Below are positions 38,604 through 50,601 of a stretch of DNA of 64,000 nucleotides, piece by piece. The DNA lies in the NCBI GenBank assembly GCA_965113315.1, contig OZ220363.1, one strand, 5' to 3'. The notes under the pieces are model-generated. The model had not been told where the DNA came from, did not search any database, and was given only the letters and a program-made list of their open reading frames with translations. This DNA comes from Podarcis vaucheri. Its lineage: Eukaryota. How positions within the stretch are numbered: the stretch's first letter is position 1; the number at the start of each line of letters is the position of its first letter. The position numbers and the translations under genes were made by a program.

Positions 38604-40064
38604 CTGTTGTAATGATGGTTGAATTAACTATTAACTATCAATTAACCTTGAAATTTGCAGAATTAAAACCGGGTGTTTTTTTTTTTTTACAAAATTCCTA
38701 CTATACTGAAAGTTTAAAAAGAACAAAATAGGGAAGTTTGCAATGTTTCTGATCTGCTTTTGAAACCTTCCATTAGTAATGGACAGTCACTCAAGTGAAC
38801 AACAGCCAGAAGCAGCTCAGATCAACGTAACATTGGATCCAAGGAGCACTTGGCAAAAGATGCCACATTAGAGTGTGCATACACATGGAAATATTGTCTA
38901 ATAATAAAATTCATGCATGGCTCCTGCTAACAAGCCCATTAACCCACACCATGCTTGGGAAGTAAGGTGTCGTCATTTCCTTCCCTTTTTCAAAACTTAA
39001 ACAAACCCACTGGCTCAAATTCAGTCCGATTTTTATCTCTACAGAGATAAATATTCAAGAAATGTAAAGCACACCAGCAGTTTGGAAAGCCCAAGTATAT
39101 GCCAGGAACAACAAAGTGAAATGAATAATCAATATATCAGTTCTTACTACAGATATTAAGAGATGCTCTAATTGTCTACCTAAAAAGAAACACTAGCCAC
39201 TGAAACTAGGAAGGAAACGAGTCTCTAAAGTACACCAAAAACTTCAACACACTGCCATGCAAAACCTTACATCTTGGCATTAATACTGACATAAAGACAG
39301 TATTTAAAGACATCACTAGGCTCTCAAGTAGGAGATGTAACAGCAGACAGCATAATAGATACATTTTGTGAAGGATCATTAGCTTCACATGATAGCAAAA
39401 TGACATAATTGAAACAATAAATGCAAATATTTGCAGAACGGAATAGAGAAATCATGACCTAAATTGTTTTAGAAAATTATTCCCCTGTACATATCCTACT
39501 CTCTCGCCCCCGCCCCCGCAAAAAAAACAACAAAAAACATATGTTTGGGAAACAGTCAATTTGATCACAACTCAAAATGCAATACTCCTTTCAACAAATT
39601 TACGTTGTGTAAACCTGCAGTGCCTGGCAAACAGACAAGTACTTCTCACAATCTTGGTGGCTATCAAAATGGTCATGGCTATCACAATCACATGTGCTCC
39701 CTTAGCCACAATTAAAGAATATTAAGCAAGGAATTTTAACAGGGAAATTTCAAAACTGAAGTTCAAAGATATGGAAATGTCATTAGGCTGCAACTGCTTA
39801 CAAATGATTTTATGACATTATTTTTTGAGGTGATCTTCACATGGTACAGTCCCCAAGTAGCAACTTCAACACATTCGTTTTACCAATAAGGTCTTGGCCA
39901 AGGTTACAATTTAGTTTCTGTTCCTCGATGTTATATAAGTTCAGGTTACATGCAATTTAATTTTCGGTGTCTGTTTTAAAATAGACATGAAAATTAACAA
40001 CATGAGATTATCTCACCTAAGATAGACAGGGTTAAAAGAATCCCACCACCATTCTACTGAATAC

Positions 40065-40211
40065 CTGTATGATCAGTATTATTTTTTTGACTTATTCCTC
40101 TTCGAGGAACAATTCCAGGAATTAAGACATCTGCTGTTGATTTTGTCGTGTATTTGTCTTCATGACCCCATTGCCTCACTGGTTCTGGGGTTGAATCTTC
40201 TTTGGCCACAT
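40065..40211 (-). CDS. CD44: CD44 stem repeat exon R10 (DVAKEDSTPEPVRQWGHEDKYTTKSTADVLIPGIVPRRGISQKNNTDHT)
   Basis: ccatag acceptor, CAG|gtattc donor, 147 bp, open; not in the ORF track. Confidence 0.8.
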
Positions 40212-41532
40212 CTATGGCAATGGTAAATGAATTGAGATTATAAAAATAGCAAAACTATTAGCTGCTTTTCACTCTGATCCACTGACTTCTTACTCTACCA
40301 GCAGAATATTTCTATCCAAACAACATGCTGGGATGCCAGATTTGCTACAATTCAGAAATTCCAAAAGACTTTGACAGTGATCTGGCTTCCCCCTTGGTTT
40401 TATTTTCTGACCCAACATCTGACATCACCAGCTGACACTGACAGTTGATTAGGCATGCAGAAAATTTCATCAACTTGACAATGACATTTGTGTTATATAC
40501 TTTTGATGGAAGAGAAAACTATTCATGAGCTACAGCCAAGTACTTGTCAGTTGTGGATGAGAGCCCACGTTCTTCAACCTTCTGCTCTCTACTCACCACT
40601 CCCTTTCTCATTTCAACTCTTCTATAGGTTTTAACTTGGGCTAATTTTATTATAAATCATGTCATAATAAAATGATCATCACAGCAAACATCATTATTTG
40701 ACTCTGGGTGATTGGCATATGCAAATAATAATAATAATGAATGAGATATAAAGAATTAAAATGTAAGACTTAGTTTCAGAACCATATTTGTATATCTTGT
40801 TTATGTTCTACAAGCTCTACACATGATAAGAAATTTAAACCAAAGGACATTATGCCCTACAGACTAGCTTGAGAACAAAACAAAACATCAGCATAGAAAT
40901 ATCTGGTCAGGTACTATCAAGTTCTTGTGTCGTGGAATGAATGCTTTTGTCTATATTGCCAGGCCTGTTTTTTCTGGAGCCAGCTTTATAAACTTGACGG
41001 GAGGAACATCTCCTTTAAATGGGGTTTGCATAAAATCAACTCTTAGAACAGGAGTTGTTCCTTATTATTATTATTATTAAGGAATAGCAAGCTTGCCTCT
41101 AGTGAGAGAACTTTTAATTCTAATTTTCAGAAGGCTATGCCTCAGTACAATTTATGCCCTAATCCCTATTTTGAACAAATCACTTGTCCTTGTCATGTAT
41201 CATTGCCTAAAAATATCCCCATAGGGCACTTTCAAATCTCAGAGGCTAGAGCTAACGTTCAAAAGTTAAAATCAGAGGATTTCCTAGAGCATGAGACATT
41301 GATCCCAAAGAATCAGTCCCTCTCAAACTGCCCGAAAACAGCAACCTTATGTTAAAAGGAACAAATAATATTCTTAGGTTAGAATTCCAACCTTAAAATC
41401 TAGACATTAATCAACGTTTCCATTTGGTGGAAAGGCGGGGTACAGATTTAAAGAACGACAAATGCTTTGTTTCAAAAACAGTGCTTCATTTCATACATTG
41501 TGATGAAATGAATAGATTATTCAGCGCAATAC

Positions 41533-41685
41533 CTGTTTGTTTGCTTTCACTATCTGAATCAACTCCCATCGGTATACCATCTCTAGAAGTATTTGTGGGA
41601 TATATTTCTTCAGCATCCCAGCCTGACTGATGAATGGGAGGTAATGGTTGTTGAGTTGAGTCTTCATGATCGTTGTGTATGACAG
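41533..41685 (-). CDS. CD44: CD44 stem repeat exon R9 (AVIHNDHEDSTQQPLPPIHQSGWDAEEIYPTNTSRDGIPMGVDSDSESKQT)
   Basis: aaacag acceptor, CAG|gtattg donor, 153 bp, open. Confidence 0.8.
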
Positions 41686-41945
41686 CTGTTTGGTGAATCA
41701 ATGATGAACTTAGGTTTGGACGTGTTAAAATACAAAATGATGGCTTTTGCAAGCCACTCCCCTCCCAATAACTCACTGCGCAATGTCCTCAACTTTACTC
41801 ATATTTACATGCAATTACATTTCTTGTGCACCTTACATGTTCAACTATATTTACTGACTGAAAATAAGAATCCAGTTGTGAGCAATGTGATTTCCCACAC
41901 CATCACCAATCACCACATAATTAAGAATGGATCTGCCACAACTAC

Positions 41946-42125
41946 CTGTATGATAGAAATTATCTATGTTATTGTTTCCAGCTGGAGGAATAACTTCTAT
42001 GGGTACTTCATCCTTCGTGCTGTTTGTAGAATAATCATCTTCTCTACCCGATTCATGATGTATATCATGTACCGTTGGATCACGAGTAGCAACTTCATGT
42101 TTGATATCATCACTGGAACCCACAG
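41946..42125 (-). CDS. CD44: CD44 stem repeat exon R8 (AVGSSDDIKHEVATRDPTVHDIHHESGREDDYSTNSTKDEVPIEVIPPAGNNNIDNFYHT)
   Basis: tcatag acceptor, CAG|gtagtt donor, 180 bp, open. Confidence 0.78.
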
Positions 42126-42552
42126 CTATGATAATGATGGTTGGGTTGGGTTAATGTTAAGTGTTCTGTAACATTTGCAGAACTACATCCCACATGATTT
42201 GCTTAGCATCGCGTTTAATTTTTTAAAATTAGTATTGCTAATGGATATCCATTACCACATTTTAGTGGATCTCAATGCAAATTTAGTTTCCTTACAAACC
42301 AGGACACAAAAGGAATATAATTCATTTGGAATATATCAACAGAATGAAAAAACAAAAACAAAACAAAAATGCACACTTCCTCTTTATATAGTTACATGAA
42401 ATGTTTTCTTTTTATTCTAACTTTCTGATAGAGGAATACTACTAAGTAGCAAGTTATCTCTAGATATTTGCAGTGTATTTTATTGTTACTTAAAAGCTTT
42501 ACTGTGTGCATGAATGAAAAATGGATGTTCAAGGCTTATACCATAACTATAG

Positions 42553-42905
42553 GTAAAGGTAAAGGGACCCCTGACTATTAGGTCCAGTCGTGACCGACTC
42601 GGGGGTTGCAGCGCTCATCTCGCTTTATCGGCCGAGGGAGCCGGCGTACAGCTTCCGGGTCATGTGGCCAGCATGACTAAGCCACTTCTGGCGAACCAGA
42701 GCAGCGCACGGAAACACCATTTACCTTCCCGCCAGAGCGATACCAATTTATCTACTTGCACTTTGATGTGCTTTCGAACTGCTAGGTTGGCAGGAGCAGG
42801 GACTGAGCAACGGGAGCTCACCCCATCACGGGGATTCAAACTACCAACCTTCTGATCGGCAAGCCCTAGGCTCTGTGGTTTAACCCACAGCACCACCCGC
42901 GTCCC
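42553..42905 (-). mobile_element. Sauria-type SINE, full length
   Basis: gtaaaggtaaagggacccctg tail end; TSD accataactatag (42540-42552) and accttaactatag (42906-42918). Confidence 0.88.
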
Positions 42906-43059
42906 ACCTTAACTATAGACCACTGCTATTCCAATGATGCTGGAATCAAGTTTAAATATTATGATTGCATGGCCAGTTCTCATATCAATAACAGACTATT
43001 GTGCCCTATCATGACACGAGCATCTTCCTTGTTTTGTTTAATGTCAATGAATTTCTATA

Positions 43060-43249
43060 CAGTGGTGCTTCGGGTTACAGACTCCGCTAACCCGGAAGTA
43101 GTACCTCGGGTTAAGAACTTTGCCCCAGGATGAGAACAGAAATTGCGCACAAACAGTGCAGCAGGCTCCATGTACCTCAAGTTAAGAAAGGTTTCAGGTT
43201 AAGAACAGACCTCCGGAACGAATTAAGTTCGGAACCTGAGGCACCACTG
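43060..43249. mobile_element. Tc1/mariner(Tigger)-like MITE, same family
   Basis: ta|cagtggtgcttc...gaggcaccactg|ta. Confidence 0.78.
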
Positions 43250-43364
43250 TAATTGATTTCCCTTAAGATTAAAATTGCAACCTGTTATCTAGCTCAATAC
43301 AGCAGCCTAATTCATCTAGAACGTAACAAAGAGAATATCTGAATTTTCTTCTTCTTGCTTGTAC

Positions 43365-43529
43365 CTATATGTGAAGTTTCATTTCCATGCACGTATTCAA
43401 CTGAAGAAATAATTCCAGGTACAAAATAATCTGTTGACGTGTTTGAAGGATGCCTGTGTTCATTGTTCTGGCCAGGATGTGCTTCTTGAGTAGACTCTTC
43501 ATGGTCACTACCACCATCAGAGACCACAG
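43365..43529 (-). CDS. CD44: CD44 stem repeat exon R7 (AVVSDGGSDHEESTQEAHPGQNNEHRHPSNTSTDYFVPGIISSVEYVHGNETSHI)
   Basis: gtgacag acceptor, TAG|gtacaa donor, 165 bp, open. Confidence 0.78.
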   Translation of the reverse strand: MWSLMVVVTMKSLLKKHILARTMNTGILQTRQQIILYLELFLQLNTCMEMKLHI

Positions 43530-43639
43530 CTGTCACAATATAGTTAGATCATTCATTCATTCATTTATTACAATGCTTATGTAATCTATTACAAAATTGT
43601 TTACTGAGAGGCACATTACCTGGCCTTCTACTGCACATA

Positions 43640-43877
43640 GATTCAAGTTACAAGAAAGGAGATTCCAGCTAAACATTAGGAAGAACCTTCTGACAATAGG
43701 AGTAGCCTAACAGTGGAACGGACTCCCTTAGTAGGTGAGGGACTCTCCTTCACTGGAGGTTTTAAAGCAGAGATTAGATGGTCAACTGTTGTGGAAACTT
43801 TTGTTGAGATTCCTGCATTGCAGGGGCTTGGACCAGATGGCTTTTGGGGGTCCCCTCCAACTCTATAATTCTATGGT
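43640..43877 (+). mobile_element. CR1 LINE 3' end fragment
   Basis: agattccagctaaacattaggaagaac...ttcctgcattgcagggg...tccaactctataattctatg, a typical CR1 3' terminus. Confidence 0.75.
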
Positions 43878-44500
43878 TACTTGGGAGGCTTCTGACTCTT
43901 TCTAAATAATGTATATGTTAGCCCATCAGCATCCCTAAAGGGCATGTTGATGGCAGAATTTCCTTCAAAAGATTTCAATGAAACAGATTGGTTTAACAAC
44001 AACAAAAATTGTATCTCTACAAGACTATTCATGTACAGTTTTGTTTTTGTAACTTGGAGGCCTAATGCCAAGTAGCCCTTCAGCCCTAGATTTATTTGTA
44101 TTTTACCTGTCCTTACTACTCCACCACTAAATTACTCCATTCATCTGACTGATGCTAAGTCAGTGGTCACTGTCATCCCTGAAAGTCGCAGTTATGGCAA
44201 TTTATTTCCGTACTTTCTGCATTTATACACCCACCTTCTAACAGTGACTCATAAAAAACACACACCTGGGTTTGAAGGCTAAGTATGGAGAGTCGTCTCC
44301 TGTAATTACTGACTCTGCTTTTAAGTGGGTTATGAATACCATTATTTTGTTGCAAATGAATGGAACTTTATTATCAACTGGCAGAGAGAATGAGAGTAGT
44401 TGGGATAGCTCTTCAAATGGAGTACGGTGACAATGCAGTACATTTGAAAAATAATACAAAGAACTGCAAATTTATTAAAGTTCTATTTCCTGGGAGGTAC

Positions 44501-44674
44501 CTGTATGATGCGTCTCCTTTTCATGCTTTCCTTCACTTGAAAGAGTAACTATAGGTGGGATATTATCCATAGTTGTGTTTGTGGTATCTTCATCTTCACT
44601 TTCCCACCCAGGATGCATTGCATGTGGTTTTTGTGTGGTGTCTTCCTGCTTGCCATTATCACTGGAGGCAACAG
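44501..44674 (-). CDS. CD44: CD44 stem repeat exon R6 (AVASSDNGKQEDTTQKPHAMHPGWESEDEDTTNTTMDNIPPIVTLSSEGKHEKETHHT)
   Basis: acaacag acceptor, CAG|gtacct donor, 174 bp, open. Confidence 0.8.
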
Positions 44675-44888
44675 CTGTTGTAATGATGGTTTGAATATTT
44701 TTCAAATGTTACATAGGTATCGTTCTTTTCATCAGTTCTTACTAAGTGCTATGTTTTGTTGAATTGAATCAATATCGTATCAGGTTTTTAAGTATAATTA
44801 CGTTTAGTCTGATGGCATTTACCTACTATGATTTACAGTTCAAGTACCTTTCATCCAACACCAGAAGAATTAAAAGCCATTAGAATTC

Positions 44889-45018
44889 CTGTACTTGGAA
44901 GACACCCAAGGAGATGTTTCCATTTCAAGACTGCTTCAACTTGGAAGAGTTATTTCAGGCAGGAGATAATATCAAGCAGCAAACAAATTTTGCATACTTT
45001 TTCATCACACCATGCTTC
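44889..45018 (-). pseudogene. Decayed CD44 stem repeat exon (donor GT>GA, frame disrupted)
   Basis: - strand CCTGCCTGAAATAACTCTTCCAAGTTGAA...GAAACATCTC resembles the 3' half of the repeat; ends ACAG|gaattc instead of ACAG|gtattc. Confidence 0.5.
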
Positions 45019-45154
45019 CTGTGTTTAGTGAAAGTCCATTTATTTAAATGGAGTCAGGATTACATCTTTACATAGTTTGAGATAGCTTCTAATTTATCTA
45101 GAGAGATTACTGAAAAAAGAAGTAAAATGTTTTTACTATTTTTCCAGTCAATAC

Positions 45155-45334
45155 CTGTGTCTGAACGTTCATTTTCATGCTCACTTTCAGCTGCATGAAG
45201 AATTCCAGGCAGCAAATGATTTCCAGATGTGTTTGTGAGATGTTTTTCTTCATTATCCTGTCCAGAGTGCTCACTGTGCAACATTGTATCCCGACCGGAA
45301 TCTTCATAGTCAGTGCTATCACTGGAGTCTACTG
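45155..45334 (-). CDS. CD44: CD44 stem repeat exon R5 (AVDSSDSTDYEDSGRDTMLHSEHSGQDNEEKHLTNTSGNHLLPGILHAAESEHENERSDT)
   Basis: gtaacag acceptor, CAG|gtattg donor, 180 bp, open. Confidence 0.8.
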
Positions 45335-45527
45335 CTGTTACAAAGATGGCTGGGTCAGTTTTGAATTCTCTGCTTTCACATGCGCTTCACTAAGTGCAAT
45401 TCTACTTAACCCCAGCATGGAAAGTGGAAATCAGTAACCACAATAGCCCTTTTAGATGAGACAGAACTATAGCTCTATCCAAAACGTATTCTATGGCTAT
45501 AAAATCTACACAGAAAACAGGGGCAGT

Positions 45528-45841
45528 ATACCTGAATGAGCGTCTCCACCCCCATCGTTCTGCCCGGACACTGAGGTCCAGCGCCGAGGGCCTTCTGGCG
45601 GTTCCCTCACTGCGAGTAGCAAAGTTACAGGGAACCAGGCAGAAGGCCTTCTCAGTAGTGGCACGCGCCCTGTGGAATGCCCTCCCACCAGATGTCAAAG
45701 AATAAACAACTATCTGACGTTTAGAAGGCATCAGAAGGCAGCGCTCTTTAGGGACGTTTTTAATGACTGATGTTTTAATGTATTTTTAATCTTTTGTTGG
45801 AAGCTGCCCAGAGTGGCTGGGGAAACACAACCAGATGGGGG

Positions 45842-45897
<56 letters not shown>
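45528..45897 (+). mobile_element. LINE (L2-like) 3' end with (TTA)n tail
   Basis: YLNERLHPHRSARTLRSSAEGLLAVP...QKAFSVVARALWNALP resembles an L2-type ORF2 C-terminus; (ATT)n run at about 45843-45897. Confidence 0.7.
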
Positions 45898-45898
<1 letters not shown>

Positions 45899-45944
45899 TC
45901 TAATTTAGCTAAAAGATTTAATGATAATGAATCACTGTCTGTAC

Positions 45945-46102
45945 CTGTATGTGGCATTTCCTTTTTACTCACTTTTTATTCTGAGAAATGATTCTAAGTG
46001 GCTAATTAAATTTAGATGCATTTGCAAGGTATTTAATGTCACTGTCCCAGCCAAGATCATATACAACCATCTCTGCTTCATGAATCTTTTGAAGCCTCTT
46101 GT
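45945..46102 (-). pseudogene. Decayed CD44 stem repeat exon (...GWDSDIKYLANASKFN*PLRII...)
   Basis: Keeps the GW-D-S-D motif and the CATACAG|gtac donor, but has an in-frame TAG and a frameshift. 5' boundary approximate. Confidence 0.6.
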
Positions 46103-46279
46103 CTGGGAAAGCAAATCTTTCTGCCATAGGACTCATTTTGCCGGACTCTGGAGTATTTATAAATACTTGTCCAGATCAAGTCAACATAGGCCTTTGGTCA
46201 TCAACCTCAATGGAAGACTAAAGTAACCCAGTCTAAAAAAAGAAAAGGCAAGAATAGGTGGTGTTTTTTTAAAAAAAAC

Positions 46280-46393
46280 CTTTTCATGTTTTTTCTCTCT
46301 AGCTGCAATAAATTTGCCTTCACTGCCCAAGAGGATATAAACTAGCCTACATGTGTGAATCATGAGAGGAATCTTTGTAGTTCATTCCAACAG
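46280..46393 (-). pseudogene. Decayed/truncated CD44 stem repeat exon (AVGMNYKDSSHDSHM*)
   Basis: Family-type acceptor gattcagacattattatagcag|CTGTT followed by an early TAG. Confidence 0.5.
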
Positions 46394-47071
46394 CTGCTAT
46401 AATAATGTCTGAATCTGTTTTAAAGACAACAAATGGTAGCGAATGGTAGCCTGATAAAGAATAGACCCATTAAAATCAGTGGACTGGGATAACATGAATC
46501 CATTCATTTCAGTGGATCAGCTCTTGATTTAGTTAGACAATACCCTATGTTAGCAGTTTCCTCCTCATAATTATTTGATGCCCATCTTATCTAGCTTTAC
46601 GGGCACTATCAGAATTTTAGGTGAAGTCAATTAAAATATTAGGTTAAGGCTTAAGCAGTATTAATTATTAGGTTAAGACTGAACTCCATATGCATTGTCA
46701 AAGTAATAAATTCCATCTCGGGAAACAATAACTTCCAATCTAACATGCCACATTTCTCAAATTATTTTCCCAAAGAAGTATACATGGCTTCATCTTTAAG
46801 AGGACTTCAACCCAATAAGACTTCAAAAACATTTCTGTTTTGCTTAGAAATTTACTGATGTGCTATGCAAGCTTGCTACTATTTTCTTGTGGATTTGGGG
46901 TTTTCTAAATTGTTTTTAAATTTATTGTTTGATCTTGAGTTTACATATTTGTCAGTCATCTTGTGGAAGTTTTGTCGTTGTTGTTTTGAAAAGTGACTAT
47001 ACATTTATTAAATGAATTTAAAAAGTGTAGAAAAGTTTAACAATGCCGAATTTTCTTTTTCTTCCTAGTAC

Positions 47072-47255
47072 CCGAATGAGATATTTCCAAATCCTCTTCA
47101 TGCTTGTTTACACTTGAAATGAGACCAGGCATAATTCCATTTTTAGATGTTTTTGTAGGATATCAATTTTCATTGCTCCCACCAAGATGGATCTCATTAA
47201 TCTATATACCACGATTATCAGTCTTCACAGTTAATCTTACCCGTGGAGACCACAA
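47072..47255 (-). pseudogene. Decayed full-length CD44 stem repeat exon (VVVSTGKINCED*...EIHLGGSNEN*YPTKTSKNGIMPGLISSVNKHEEDLEISHS)
   Basis: AG and GT sites intact and clear homology, but two TGA stops and a length of 184 bp (frameshifting). Confidence 0.72.
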
Positions 47256-47450
47256 CTGCTACAATGATGACTGAATCAATACCACATTTTCACTATCAGG
47301 CCCATGTTATGTAGATGAAATAATTTTCTTAGGATGTATCAGTAGTTAAGGCTGCAATCCTGATTCATGCTGACTTCATAGGAGTCAGGATTACACCCTT
47401 CGTAGGAAATAATAATGATTGGGGCTGAATAGAACTTTTCTGAGATATAC

Positions 47451-47618
47451 CTGTATAAATGGATTCATTTTTTTGCTCATTTTCACTTGGATGAATAATT
47501 TCAGGTAGTGTCTCTTTGCTGGATGAGTTTGTGGGGTATCTTTCTTCATTGGACCATTCAGGATATATGCCATGAGTTGGTGGGCCTTGAGTGGATTCTT
47601 CAACTTTCATCCCATTAT
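47451..47618 (-). CDS. CD44: CD44 stem repeat exon R4 (DNGMKVEESTQGPPTHGIYPEWSNEERYPTNSSSKETLPEIIHPSENEQKNESIYT)
   Basis: aaagcag acceptor, CAG|gtatat donor, 168 bp, open. Confidence 0.8.
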
Positions 47619-49000
47619 CTGCTTTTGTGGTGAAGTATTTGTTAAATTTAATATATGCAGAACCACTGTCTATTGTACATGCATTTTGCAGTTCAATATG
47701 AATCCAACTACACTGGTGGCACGCAAGAAAAAAGGGTGCCTTTTAGGGGTCTGTTTATCTGTCACTAAGTCAAGATTCTCTATTACACTTTTAGTATAAG
47801 CACTTTTCAATAAAAAAAATAACCAGTTCATATTTCAGTTAATTCATTTTAGTTAAATCCTTTGAAACAATATCTTATCTAGCCATTATTATGTACATGT
47901 GAAGCAAGCATTTTGTATTCCACAGCTATAAAATGATTTTGGTTTTAGTTAAATGATATGAAGACAACATATTTTGTTCATTTCTTATTTGCAGACAGCT
48001 TGGTTTCTAAAAAAAAGAAAAGAAATAAGCTTGCAAAGGAGGTATTTTGACTTCCTCATAGACACATGCTGTTTATGGCACAATTTGTAAAAACAAATTT
48101 GTTCTTTCAATGTTGTGACGGCAAAGCAGGCAACAGAAATACAAATTAGTAAATACTGTAGATAATTTTGGTTATCTACAGTAAATGTGGAGTATTTTCT
48201 ACTTGAAGAAACGCTAAAACAACAGTAATGGGCTGCATCTACAGAACAGAGGCCCAAGCAAAATAATTGTGTGTAAAGCACTCTGACACTAATATTCTTG
48301 GTGTCAGAGATTGAATTATATTGGGGTGGTGATGTCAAGATGAAATAAAACTAATATGATATGAAGCCCTACTCAGATGATGAAATGTGACTTATCTGTT
48401 TGAATGGAATAGTGGCTCTTCTCAAAGCTACCTCTTTTTAAAACTTAGGTGCCACTGATGCAAAAGAACATGGGTCCACCATTCTTTAACACTGACTGAG
48501 GTAGCAGGACAGAGAAATGTGCGTAGGATCCTGCAGAAGGGATGGCGCCATTTGGAGGTTGGGCCTCAATGGACTGGCGGTAATGCCATCCATTATTGGG
48601 AATGCTAACAATCCATTATTAATGGAAAGTTTTGTCAGACTGCCATGATTATCTTAGTGCCCTAATATTGGAATACTAGGAATTCACTTTAAAGGGTAGT
48701 AAGAAGGCCTAAATATATGTGAGATGCAGGTCTGTGAATGTAGCTGCCGTGTAAGGGGCAGGTGAACTGGATCATAACCGTGACATAGGAGGGGCTGCTG
48801 CTTTCCTCCTGTGCAATTACCACAATAAAAATTGCTTCCGTTTTTGAAGCCATGTTTCACCCCAAATGGAGAAGCATCAGACCACAGTTCTAATAAAGGC
48901 TGGACTTCTCACTGAGACATAAAAGCCTTCCTATTCGCTGACATAAAAGAGAAATAGAACTGAACATAGGAAGATTACATTAACATCCTGCAAGCAGTAC

Positions 49001-49174
49001 CTGTCTGAGAAGATTCATTGTCATGAAGCTTCTCACTTTGAGGAATAAGTGTTTCTAGGACACCAAGGATCGTTCTGTTTGTGGCAGAACCACTTCTCCG
49101 CCCAGCTTTGCCCACTGTGGATAACTGATCTTGATGTGATTCTTCACGTTCAGCACTTTCATTGAAGACTAAAA
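49001..49174 (-). CDS. CD44: CD44 stem repeat exon R3 (VLVFNESAEREESHQDQLSTVGKAGRRSGSATNRTILGVLETLIPQSEKLHDNESSQT)
   Basis: caatag acceptor, CAG|gtactg donor, 174 bp, open. Confidence 0.75.
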
Positions 49175-49459
49175 CTATTGTAGCAATGATAAATAATGCA
49201 GGAATCAGTAACTCAGTATTTTGGATTTCCGTGTGTTTAGTAGATAGTGAGAGACTCAGAAAGCTCTGTGCGTGAACTCCAATGGAAACAGGCTTCCCCA
49301 ATTGTTTCGCCATAGGATGGAAACCTTATTTATGCATGTAGAATAGCTACCTCAACAGAAGTTCATAGGTAAGCCCATTCTGCCTGTCAGAATTCTCACC
49401 TCAAGAAGGAGTCACTGTACTGAGGTGGTTATTTGAATCAGTATAGTTCAAACCTTCCA

Positions 49460-49651
49460 TGGGGAAGAAGCTTGACTCAGTGGCAGAGAACCTGCTATGA
49501 ATGCAGAAGGGTTCCATCTCTAGCATCTCCACATAGGACTCGGAAAGACTCTGTCCGAAACCTGGCACAGCTGCTGCTAATCGTTGTAGACTGTCCATCT
49601 TGAGCTAGATGGACCAGTGGCGTGACTCACTATAAGGCAGCTTCCTGTGTT
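49460..49651 (+). mobile_element. tRNA-derived squamate SINE (Squam3-like); head-only copy at about 3641-3702
   Basis: ggggaag..gactcagtggcagag head and gagctagatggaccagtgg...ataaggcagcttcct tail. Confidence 0.6.
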
Positions 49652-50412
49652 TGAGATGGCATGCTAATCACTAGTTAGTGCAAGAAGAGGTATAATTTTA
49701 TCATTTTGTATAATTTTTCTTTCTGTGTGGAAATGGATAGAATGACTAATGCACAAACCAATTCGGCCAAAATGCTTGGATGAAAATTCAGTCTTCTTAC
49801 AGAATCAGCTACTTCCACTGAGTTCAGTAGGCTTACATCAGCTTAAACCCAGATTCTTCAATTTGCATACTGTAGCAATAAGTCTGGCAACCAATACAGC
49901 TCAAGCTGCTGCATTGCCACAACAGGGATAAAACACAGATAACTTCAGAATAACCAAACAGCAAAGTGGTCTTGATTTATACCTCTGTGTTCTCACACAC
50001 GGCACATCCTTAATATTCGGACAAACCACTGGCCCATCAAGCCCAGTACAGTCTACTTTTAGATATTTATATAGGTTTACTAGCAAATGGTATAAACATA
50101 AATTTTATCGGTATTACATATCTGGGGTACTTTTGACACTGATAAAAGATTGTACCTATCTATTTAAAATGTAACTAAAAATAATGGGAGAAAAATGACT
50201 GCGAAGAGCAAAACTCTCAACAATTTGGAACTCACACCTCTAATATATGGAAGAATAACTAAAGGAAACTCACAACGCCCACCAACCCCTTGACTAAAAG
50301 TTCTAATTTTAAGTATGGTTAAACACCATTTCTCCAGAAACCTGGATCAGGAAATGAAAGCAAACAATCCAAATGAACATCTAATTCTACAGTTCACTAT
50401 TGGTTCTGATAC

Positions 50413-50601
50413 CTGTATGGTGGGAAGATTCTTCCTCCAGAGTTCTTTCTCTTTCACTTGATGGAACAAGCACAGGATGCAATACGTCTGAAGCTGTGGT
50501 TGTAGGTAATGTGTCTTCAGTTTCTAATCCAGAGAGAGCACCATCTAGTGGAGTCTGAGTTGAGTCTTCCTGCTTGAAGAAATCATCACTGGAGGACCCA
50601 G
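50413..50601 (-). CDS. CD44: CD44 stem repeat exon R2 (AGSSSDDFFKQEDSTQTPLDGALSGLETEDTLPTTTASDVLHPVLVPSSERERTLEEESSHHT)
   Basis: ataacag acceptor, CAG|gtatca donor, 189 bp, open. Confidence 0.8.

Noticed and set aside
44266-44377. Exon-like segment (strong acceptor ctctctgccag, CAG|gtgtgt donor) within the CD44 array
   Set aside because: 112 bp would shift the frame, and the peptide has no similarity to the repeat family.
45775-45991. Poly-Ile ORFs
   Set aside because: Translation of the (ATT)n LINE tail.
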